A DNA stretch of 51,597 nucleotides, filler included, from Catajapyx aquilonaris (taxonomy: Eukaryota): the NCBI GenBank assembly GCA_000934665.2. It is 3 parts of 3 records of this genome, joined end to end, with 100 filler letters (N's around TTAATTAATTAA, not from the genome) between each part and the next. Parts side by side here need not be neighbours in the genome. Positions count along the whole stretch, not along the records: positions 34,468 to 51,597 come from JYFJ02007024.1; 2 more parts are not named here. One strand, 5' to 3'. Of this stretch, positions 36,120 to 51,597 are shown piece by piece. A model generated the notes under the pieces. It was not told the origin of the DNA. It made no database searches and saw only the letters and a program-made list of their open reading frames with translations. The position numbers and the translations under genes were made by a program. Position 1 is the first letter of the stretch; every line of letters starts with the position of its first letter.

Positions 36120-36736
36120 TATATCTGCGTTGAACTTCGCATTTTGTGACAAAAGTATGAAACTCGGTACACTTGTCCTTTGGACACTTATGATCATATC
36201 TGGACGTGGAGCCACGATGACCCACCCTGGTGGTGGTCCATCTCGCAGGGTTTCCATAACTACCAGATGCAGCATCCTTTTAGGACCTTGTATTGGGTGA
36301 CAAAAACATGAAACTCGCCACAATTGGTCTTTGGACACTTCTGAACATGTCTGGATGTGGGGCCATGATGACTGACCCCGCTGTGGGTCACTTGCAGGGT
36401 TGCCAGATCTAACGGACTAAACATACATCTCTGCGAGGATCATGTGAATTGGGAGCTTGCATTCGGTGATAAAAACGTGAAACGCGGTACGGTAGTTCTT
36501 CGAACACATCTCAACATATCTGGACGTGGGGTCACGGTGGGTGACCCCTGGTGGCCTCGCCAGGGGTCACTATCGCGGAGTTGCCAAATCGAACATGTGT
36601 TGCACACCTTTACATGAATAAGGGCCTTGCATTCGGTGATAAAACACTGCTAAAACATGAAACTCGCCCCAATTGGTCTTCGGACACTACTGAACATGAC
36701 ATGTTCAGTAGTGTCCGAAGACCAATTGGGGCGAGT
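36120..36736. repeat. Degenerate ~160-180-bp subrepeats ending in a perfect palindrome
   Basis: Recurring TGAAACTCG..GGTCTT(T)GGACAC..ACAT(A/G)TCTGGA(C/T)GTGG at ~36158, 36309, 36478, 36658; palindrome at 36662-36736. Confidence 0.65.
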
Positions 36737-37225
36737 CGGCCTTTAGCAATAAGGGCGAATGGACCATTTATGAAATTGTACAGGAGAGCTAATATTAGAT
36801 TGAAAATCACCTTCACAAATCACAGTATGACTGCACGAGGCCGAAAATTTACGACAGCATGGCAGTGATTCATTCCTTTTTGGTAGGAATTGTTTTTAGG
36901 AAATAAATGATTAATTATTAGTGTAATTAATGATCATCTGGATATTCGCCCTTTTTCCTAAATGATGAATGTAGGAAAGTCATGTCCCTCATAACACTCG
37001 CCTTTTATTTCTATGACATAGTTACAATCAATATAATCACAAGGGTGTGAATTATTGGACAATTGTGAACATTTAATTGTAACTCATGAGGGGGGAGGGG
37101 GGCATTGGAACATTAATGGTAATATTTCAGAATGGTGTATTATGAGAAGGAATAGCAAAATAATGTTCTAGACTGTGTGCAGTCTGTCATTTTCTAATTG
37201 ACTAATACTTTTTTTACAAAGAATC

Positions 37226-38513
37226 CTACTCGCTGTCCTCCTCCACATCCGGTTCAGGGAGTGCGTCTCGGACCTTGCTGTCCTTACCTAATGACTTGTA
37301 AAAGGCATGATAGTCTCGTGGTATGGTCTTTTCGTCACACAGACTCATCAGGTCATTGTATTTTGCGGCACTTATGGCGAGTGGTGCTGTGTAGGCCTTG
37401 AAAACGGTGGTAGAAGTTGCCTTGATGCGACCCCGGGCCCGAGGGAGAACTTCAACGACCTTAAATTCATCTACATAAGTGTACTTGTAGAAGATTTTTG
37501 ATGGTTCACTCTTCTTGTATGACAATACTCTGATTTGCAACCAATGGAGCTGTTCCCCGTCCTCATCCTTCAATGATCTCGGCAACGTCGTTAAGGCGTG
37601 TTGCTTCCAGTCTAGGAAGTCTTCAAAGTGCAGGGACTTCACCCCATAGGGGTGGGGATGCTTCCTCGCCATTGCACACACACGCTCCCATTCTTGTGGA
37701 GTGTTAACAGCCACGTTTTTAGCTTGTTTCTCAATCATGGAATGCATGCTGTCACCCTCCTGCTGGCTGTGGCCTGTCTCCAAGAAATAGTGGACGATCT
37801 CTTTACAATGGGGAAGAGTGCGGACTGCATGCAGAAACATTGTTGCTATGTAGGCTACTGATTACGGCATTGGCCGCCACAAGCATCTGATACAAAGACA
37901 AATGTGCCTTTATCACCCCTTTCCTTGATGTAGTTGTACAGACAAGTCCCTACTTCGATTGACCCCCTTTTCCCTTGCGTCTCGTTCCACATGTTACATA
38001 TGCCATCATGAGTGGCCACATTGTATATCGTTAAGTTATATACAGCAAGCTTTCTCTTGTAAAAGATTGATCCTACCTCACCTTGAGGGCATTCTAGTAC
38101 TGCCTGCATATCAAAATTAAGCAGCACTGTCTTACTCATTGCTGAGTCGTTTTGGAGCTGCTCTTTTAGGACATTATTTATCTTTCGCACGTCATCTTTG
38201 TGCGACAGATGCTTGTTGTGGGAATCCAGTGCTGCCTCTCTCTCCTCTCCTTTCAGTTGCTCAAATGCATTGCATCTTTTGCATTGGTCTTTCCTGGGCT
38301 TGTGAAACGCTATGTTGTATGTATTAAAGTACCCTCTGTAGGTCGATAGGGACACTGCTGGGTTGCCACTAATTCCACAACTTTCTTTATATAGTTGGTA
38401 CATCTTTGCTAGGTTCAATCGAGCAGAAAGGTACTTCCTAGTGGAAGTCTTTCGGCAGTAATGGGATTCTACTGCTGGGAAACTTTCAATATGTTTCAAT
38501 ATGTTTCAATATG
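37226..38513 (-). pseudogene. Frameshifted, N-terminally deleted DNA transposase (Sola1-like, DDD type)
   Basis: Motifs ESHYCR, PRKDQCKRC, FDMQAVLECP, FYKRKLAVYNLTIY, WNETQGKRGSIEVGTCL, SDACGGQCRN, FLETGHSQQEGDSMHSMIE. Two ORFs (37855-38499, 37226-37840) are out of frame by a 5-bp insertion. Flanking ATTCGCCCTT/AAGGGCGAAT subterminal motifs lie at ~36753-36960 and 38530-38680. Confidence 0.75.
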
Positions 38514-39847
38514 TCAGTGGCAATGGTATATTCGCCCTTCTTACTTGCGCACGAACATGCGGGTTAACAGATGGAAAGGGCGAATATGGATATTCGCCCT
38601 TTTTCCTAAACCTGCTTTTGGATATTCGCTAGGACCTCTCTCTCGTACTGGCCCACTGTTCATGATACCCATTCGCCCTTTCATCAAATTGCTCTGCATT
38701 TGTGCAAAAGAAATGTGATTAAGACTTAACATCATTAATTAAATTTTCAACCTGTTAAATAAAAGCTTTCGGCTGAACTGTAATAATTTATTGTGTATAC
38801 AGTACTACCCCAGAATATTTTTAATGAAGATTCTCTGAAAAACCGGTTGCATATGACTCACACGGATATTATACCAGAATTCTTTCCAGTGGTTGAGCTA
38901 CAATGTCACTTCGAAATTTTAAGAAGCCTATAGAGAGTAACTATACATAAATATCCGCGCCATTATATTTTGCTTCCCGCATTTAATTGTCTTTTGATTT
39001 GCTTGATGGTGGGGTGGCACTACGACTCACCCCTGTCCTACAAAAATTGGCTATAATTATTAGACATAGTACATTCCTGTGCATTCTGCATGAACCATAA
39101 AGTGACAGAAGCAAATCGTCGGTTGTCGTCACCCCTTAGCTGCACTGGAGAAAGGGCACGACACTCCGATTGGGCTGGACCATTCAATTTACTTGCCAAT
39201 ATTATTGCAACTTTAATAATCCATGAACGTTATGGTATTACCCCGAACTGTAAAAATTCCATAATGTCGTGTACTAGTCGCTATTAAATTTAATTTACAG
39301 GCTTACGGGGACGAGGAACAACCATCGCCATCTGTCCGTGCCACAGAAAAGTTGAGTCAAAAAGTAGGGCGGTAACCATCCCTTCCCACTACTTTCAATA
39401 ATTTCTTCCATTCAACAACCTGTCACAGAACAATTCCATCGGTTCAGTTGTCAGCCCAAGGTCATTCCAGCATGCTACACATGAACACGAATTGAAATAT
39501 GCATTGCACCAGGCTTGACGATATGAATCTTATCAAAAACAGTTGTGTGAGACTGTCACGATCTCCATCGCATCATACTTCTGGAAAGTGAGCTGACAGG
39601 CATGGCATCAAGAGATCTATTGCTTCAAAGATATCGCAGGCATATACAATAGTCAGGAAGTTACCAAACTCATGCTTAGTCCTTTGTGTAGCATAAAGAG
39701 GTGGCTTGTTGTTAAAGATAACATTATCGGCATAGTACAGTTGCTAAGGTCAATAATTGACAACTTCCGCGTCTCTAAAGAATCATAGGTATAAAATAGT
39801 GTGGGTCTCCAGACACTCCGGATTGACTTGCATTAGTATCACAGCAC

Positions 39848-41854
39848 ATGTCCGGTCAAGTTGGTGTAGTTACCATGCAAGTGTCCATCATATATATCAT
39901 CGTTGCCATGATTCAAGAGGGTATGACAACCCCATCATTGCAATATGCGGACCAACTAGAAGAAACGTTAGTTGCTGGGTTTGTGAAGGAAGTGCACGGC
40001 TTAAGAGAAGAATGCTTGCTTGTCTTAGCACATGATTACAAGTACTTGCCGTTTGCCCTGTGGAACTTACTTAATGGCACATCCGGAATATCTCACCAGA
40101 TCAAGTGGGACGAATCAACTCCTCCTCCTCCTGTCAACTCTGGAGGAACTGAAAATCCAGAGTACTGGTTCTCATACCTGGAGCGACCAACTGCAAGATT
40201 CCTGGACAACTGTTTAGTCATTGCGCTCATTTATCACAAGAACAACTTTGTTCCATTGCTGAAGTATGCGGCCAGCATAGTGAGGTTGAACCCACGTGAC
40301 AATCATGTAGTGTACTTCAGCCCTGATTCGGACATACAGACTACGATGATGGATTCAAATTACGAGTTCTTGTATCAGTTAGGAATAGTCGTTGATCACA
40401 ATCATCTGAAGATAATGAACAGGTGCTTCTTCTGCAAGAGCGGCCAACCACAGATTGTCCACAGAGGAGAATATGCTCTCAAAAACGGTGTGAGTCCACT
40501 AGGACTCTCTCTATTTCCTGATTACTCAACCAACTTCAATGGCAGGTACCTCAACATCTCCTGGATCATGGAGGTTAGCACTCGTGAGATCCGTGCACAA
40601 GCGGCATTGGGCCTTCCAGTACTCCCATACTACAGGTTCTACCTGGATCTCGCTGAAGCCCTGAACTACGACTGGCAGTCTCGGTATCCAGTGAGAGTAC
40701 CAGGTTATGCAGATGAACAGCAGCTGCCGGATGGTAACTGGACAGGCGTGACTGGAGCACTGCAAAGAAGGGAGAATCTATTCAGCGGCATGTTCGCCAC
40801 AGAAAATGCAATTACGGTGGCTGACTATCCCCAGCTATTTTACCAAACGGACATGACTTTCTGCAAGCGCTTACCACGTCCCCTGTTCTCATGGACAGCC
40901 ATGTTCAAGCCTTACACTCTGGACATGTGGTCTGCCATCATCCTAACAGCTCTCTTTACCACCCTAATATTCCTGTACCTTCTGAAGCAGCAGTATCTCA
41001 TCAGCTATCCGTTTCCATCCAACGAGCAGCCTCCTAGATCTCACCTGCTCTATTCCTTCCGATTTGTGTTTTCGGCTCTCATCGAGGAGAATCCTAACCA
41101 GATACCGGTGGCTTCATGCCTCCGAGTGCTTCTCTGCTTCTGGTGGCTCTTCTGCGACCTCATAGTCATCGGATACGATGCCAGGTTTTTTGCCTTTCTG
41201 GTGTCCCCGGATCTGGAGAGCCTTCCAACCAACTACAAGGAGCTGGCCAAATGGCCTGGATGGGAGTGGGGAGTGATGGCAATGGGAGGATACATAAGGT
41301 CGCTGATGGAACCATCCATGATTGATTACCACCATGAGATACTGGCTTCGATGCAGGATAGTGAGGACATGGTCAGCTGCATGCTAAGGTCCGTTTCTGA
41401 GGATTACGGCTGTGTTGGAGACAGGGACATGCTGTATGGGTTTGCGTTCCAGTGGGTGGACCTAGAAGGGAAACTGCCCATTGAGGTGGTGGATGACTCC
41501 TCCTTGAGGGTTCTTGGAGGACTGGGTGCGGTCAAGTACTCTGTGCTGACACGTACTTACCAGAGGTACTCGGCTTGGTGGTACCAGTCCGGCTTCTACT
41601 TCAAGGCGTTCAAGGACTTCACTGATGCTGTGACCCTGATGAAGCTTCCTTCAGCACGAGAGCAGAACCTCTTGTACAAGCCTTCAATGGAACTTAGAGT
41701 GAGTCAGATGAAAGGACCTCTTCTCATGCTGTGCATCTTTTTGATGTTCAGCATATCAATTTTTGCTGTAGAACACATTCACTTTCGTTCAAGAAATAAG
41801 AAGCATCAGGTTATTCAAGTAACTGAGGCAATCCACTCTCAGTGCAAGACATGA
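39848..41854 (+). CDS. Intronless divergent ionotropic receptor (IR), 668 aa
   Basis: Single ORF; N-terminal hydrophobic segment; LFPDYSTNFNGRYL; S1 DGNWTGVTGALQRRE; M1 FKPYTLDMWSAI; M3 RVLLCFWWLFCDLIVIGYDARFFAFLVSP..PTNYKEL; WWYQSGFYFK; M4 LRVSQMKGPLLMLCIFLMFSISIFAVEH. Confidence 0.88.
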   Translation: MSGQVGVVTMQVSIIYIIVAMIQEGMTTPSLQYADQLEETLVAGFVKEVHGLREECLLVLAHDYKYLPFALWNLLNGTSGISHQIKWDESTPPPPVNSGGTENPEYWFSYLERPTARFLDNCLVIALIYHKNNFVPLLKYAASIVRLNPRDNHVVYFSPDSDIQTTMMDSNYEFLYQLGIVVDHNHLKIMNRCFFCKSGQPQIVHRGEYALKNGVSPLGLSLFPDYSTNFNGRYLNISWIMEVSTREIRAQAALGLPVLPYYRFYLDLAEALNYDWQSRYPVRVPGYADEQQLPDGNWTGVTGALQRRENLFSGMFATENAITVADYPQLFYQTDMTFCKRLPRPLFSWTAMFKPYTLDMWSAIILTALFTTLIFLYLLKQQYLISYPFPSNEQPPRSHLLYSFRFVFSALIEENPNQIPVASCLRVLLCFWWLFCDLIVIGYDARFFAFLVSPDLESLPTNYKELAKWPGWEWGVMAMGGYIRSLMEPSMIDYHHEILASMQDSEDMVSCMLRSVSEDYGCVGDRDMLYGFAFQWVDLEGKLPIEVVDDSSLRVLGGLGAVKYSVLTRTYQRYSAWWYQSGFYFKAFKDFTDAVTLMKLPSAREQNLLYKPSMELRVSQMKGPLLMLCIFLMFSISIFAVEHIHFRSRNKKHQVIQVTEAIHSQCKT

Positions 41855-44595
41855 ACTCAAATGGTTACGTACCACTAGTTTTATTGCTGACCACCTCTAC
41901 ACGTTGTATCCAATTTGACACCAGGTCAGCTTAGGAATCTGGCAGCTTAGCCTGAATATCAGGCACGAGAACTGCCGATACACTACAGCACTTTCAGAAA
42001 GCGCAAGTACAAGCTCGTCTCTCAATCAATCCCGCTAGCACTGTTTCTTTTTTTTTAGCACGAAATCTTATGGTACATTTCATATACACACACATGAACA
42101 TTGGCCTCCTCTGTCTATGAACCACACCTGACAAAAATTTCATAACACCTTATCCTTCGCATCATCACACCAGACACAAACAATGGAATTTAAAAAGGTG
42201 TCCCCTTGCTACGAAAGCAATGCTTTAAAAAGTGTCCATGGAAAAACAAATCTAATTCACGCCAGAAACAAGTGTCTGTGCTGGCACACGCACACATGCA
42301 CACACCTCAGTCAGAAGGACGCAGCATGTAAAAAAAAAGGACGTTTAATTGGACACACTGCACCATGATGTTCAGCTTGCCAAAAGTCATCCACGAAGTC
42401 GTTATTTTTTTAAAAAAAAGGAACAAACATTGTAACAAACATCAACATGGGGGGAAGAAATACATTGGACATACAATTGATAAGATGAAAACAAAGGCAT
42501 AGAAATCACTTATCGTTGTTATTGCTGCAGGATAAAAAATAAGTCCCCGTACATTGCAAGCATAATTGCTTTGAAAGTCACTTTTCTGTTGCTAGTAGCA
42601 GTACGGCAGCAGAGCACAATTTATGGATACAAATTGCAAATGACCAGAAATCCCAACTACTATCCACATATGGAACAAGATATTTTCAAAATATTACGAA
42701 AACATGATCAGACAGTGAATAAAACTTCTATTGCTTCTCATACACTGCATCAGCTGCAGTTAAGAACTGCAGACACGTAAGGGCTTCAAATTGCAAAGGT
42801 TCGGGTGGATAACACAAAAAAATAGGTCCGCTGAATTTCTCGACACTGTCGTACAAGCAATGTTGTCCAGAAGGCATTTCAATAATAAGCACTCACGAAA
42901 CATACGCACGCAACGACAAATCAAAATTTTCTCACGCGCAAATTCCATCCACACTATTCTGTACATGTTTACAAGGAAAAACTGCCTAGTTTGAAATTTT
43001 AATAAGTGATGGGTCTGCCCTTCCTGGACTAATTACACATCATTTACAAAATGTACACTCGTCAACAAGAATTAAATCTATGGGGATGTAAATTACCTAG
43101 AGTTTGTTTTTTTTTAATCAAATCCTCTGAGGTAGTTAACATGTGTAAAAATGCAGTCAGCATTTGAGTGCAGTTGTCGAGTCACTTAATATTCCTTGTT
43201 GAAACGGTCATGAAACCCAAGAAAAATAAATTAACTGGAATGTCGAGTGCAACCAAGTGGAGTTTACATAGTGAAATATCAATCTGTAGAACTTTATAAA
43301 TTGGAAATTATATCTCCATAACATGTCAACATCAACATAAAATTGCTATTTAAAAAACAAAAACAAAATAAATCATAACAAAGACCAGCATGAAAATAAT
43401 ATTCTTTCTCATTCTTTCATCCCTACACAGTAGGTTACTCCGCGCAAAATGATTTTTTTTTTAAATTCGCTTTTTTTTTTAAAACACTCCTACAATTATT
43501 CTACGATTCATGTAAAGCCTAAGATTCCAAAGAGCAGCAAATGGACTGTACCAATACTGGTATGGACATTTTTCCTCAACGTGATCAAATCTATGATCTA
43601 GCAAGCTGCTCATCTGACGGAAAAAAAACCAACACAGGAACGGAATTTTTACAGAGCTCGAGATGTCCTGTGACACATGGAAGAAATTTTGAATGCAGCA
43701 TTAGACATCGGGTGCTTCTCACAAAAAAAAAATGCTTAAACCCAAACGTGAGTTGGGTTGGGTATTTCAATCGCAGCGAAACAGCGCCCATCCTAGTGAA
43801 TATCCTAGGTTTCTTTGCTTCCAGTGTTGGAATCAAGGTGCGTCAAATCTTACTCGAACATTCACAGTATGATTTCGTCGAGCCCAACACTCGGCAGTTC
43901 TAATAAGTTACATTGGTACATCGATACCAAAGAAGGAAATCACATAGAAAATCTCACATCACATCTATCTGTACATTATCACAGCTCTCCACAGTTGCTT
44001 CCACCTCCGTTGTGTTGATCTTGGCTTTCATGTATTGTCAGTCTCAACTTTGACAGAGCATACAAGAAAAAATCCTGTTGAGCTTGCGTTTCCTGGCAGT
44101 CAATCTGTCGGATTGGGGGAGGGAACACCGAGGAAAAATGATTGGCATACAAACACACCCACTCTCACTCACGACCCACTCTCGATTTATGTTCTGTGAC
44201 TTGTTTCTTCGTCGTTCTAAAAAATAATTTACTTTTTTTAAAAAGGTGCAAGGACCTCTCCTTTGTAATCTTGGTCAGTGTTGATTAAATCCTGCAAAGC
44301 AGGATATTTGCTATGAGCCGCACTGCAATCTTACGTAAGAGTAATCATATAGTCGGCATACACATGAAACAAAGACCAAAAAACAAATTTCATTATTATC
44401 CGGAGCAAACATTGCACTTTCTTACTTGCTTGCGACGACTGAAAATGTACGACTGAATTCACTTCACAATGTGATAGAGCAGAAGTGGTGTAAGTAACTC
44501 TCAAAACCGACAAAACTGGTCTTGGTATGTTTCAATTGCATGACGATGTTACACTGCACCCTACCTTTTTTTCCCTAAATTCCAATTAATTTTCT

Positions 44596-50215
<5,620 letters not shown>

Positions 50216-51597
50216 GTCGACACACTCACACAAAAAAAAAAATGAAGAACAACCCGACACAAAACACACTACACCATCCGAGAGCCTCGTTCCTCCTCGT
50301 CCTCTTCCATCCCACACCGCCGAAGAACTGACTGGGGCTCTCTATACCCACCCTATAGTACAGCAAGTAGCCTCCCCTTGCACGCGACTGGTCCACTACC
50401 CACCCCCGAAACCCAACGGCGCACTGCGGGCTCTAACCGTGAAAATGGACTAACCAAGTGCGACCCTTTTCAGGTGCACAGTTTTTTTCTTCTTCTTCTA
50501 TACTCTACACACACTTGTCCGTCATGAGCTTCCGATCCCACGTACTGTCCCCTATTTTTCGAGCGGTACCGTACTGTGTACGGTACGTGCGGAACTGGCT
50601 TCCTGGCCTACAACTACTGGGTTGATTGCATCTTCTCTAGCTGGAGGCAGCGTGACAAATTCAGGAAAAATTCTGGAGGAAAAAAAAAGACCTACTGTGC
50701 CCTCCTTTATACAACTGGTAGAAACCAACTGGCATTCATTTCTAAAAGCAGGTGCAGTTCAAGCACTCCTGCTATCCGTTACCAAGAGGAGCGTTATCAA
50801 TCCCACGTTGAAAGAGATACCGGCTAAAAGTGGAGCCTTGGTACTGAACAAACACGTACTGGGCTGGGATCCCCCAGTTATAATTACTCCGGGTATAATC
50901 CGGGGACATAACCTTATTAATCAGAGGGGGCAAGTGCAGCTGGGCGAATAATGCAATCCAAGCGCTCCCTCTCCTTTAATAGTAAAAAAAAAAAAAATCC
51001 TCTCAAAAATCTGTAACGACATCACAATTACTCGAATCTACAGGCCGGAGACGGTTCGTGACTCAGATTGATTGATAAATCGGACCTGGAATAGCTGTCT
51101 ACACGCCACCTACCTGCAGGATATAGTTCTCAATAAAGTAAAAAAAAAAAAATCTCCGTATATTGCTAAAACCTTCCCAGAACTAATAACAAAATTTGCA
51201 AATATATATATACGAGGGTTGGATTTTAAATGGTGGAAACACTACCCTCGTATGAAAATAAACAATGAAAATTCTGGGCTGCTTAAGTCTTCCGAACCAT
51301 ATCGATATAATAACAACAATTTCACCATTTATAAGAACAGGGCGTAAATGCAAAAAGAGAGAGACAACCTGGCGCCCTTAAGAGCACAGTGCTGTGTCGA
51401 ATTACACGTCAAGAAAAATAACGGGTGAGTATTAAAGTTGAACCCTCTCGCGCCGAAATATCAAACGCATCAAAGCGTATACAGTTTTTTTTTTTTTTTT
51501 CCCGCCCCAAGCTGACCTCAGCTTCAACAATACACAAATTTTTCCTCGCTGGCCTACTAACAATCAACAAAAATTGATCCCACGCCGATTCTCATCT

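Overview
Eukaryotic, almost certainly arthropod (pancrustacean/hexapod-like) genomic DNA. It consists of three contigs joined by two 100-bp N gaps, each carrying an artificial TTAATTAATTAA linker. Six host genes can be read: (1) a 9-exon ionotropic receptor (IR) on the minus strand (1847-4692); (2) head-to-head with it, a 7+-exon ADAM17/TACE-like gene (5281-15256) whose zinc-binding motif HExxHxxGxxHD is replaced by YYMARAMGAKDD, i.e. an apparently intact but catalytically dead pseudo-protease; (3, 4) two tandem sepiapterin reductase-like SDR paralogues with intronless CDSs and a mosaic identity pattern; (5) an intronless divergent IR (39848-41854); (6) an 8-exon GH47 Golgi alpha-1,2-mannosidase on the minus strand (44596-50215). 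Introns and intergenic DNA hold many mobile-element relics: mariner-derived fold-back MITEs, TTAA-flanked MITEs, a Sola-like non-autonomous element, a frameshifted Sola-like transposase, an Academ-like fold-back, tRNA/V-type SINEs, two 5'-truncated insertions of one LINE (one only 41 bp) and a 92-bp minisatellite. Gene models were assembled by hand from GT-AG sites and phase matching. Family assignments come from remembered motifs, not database searches.
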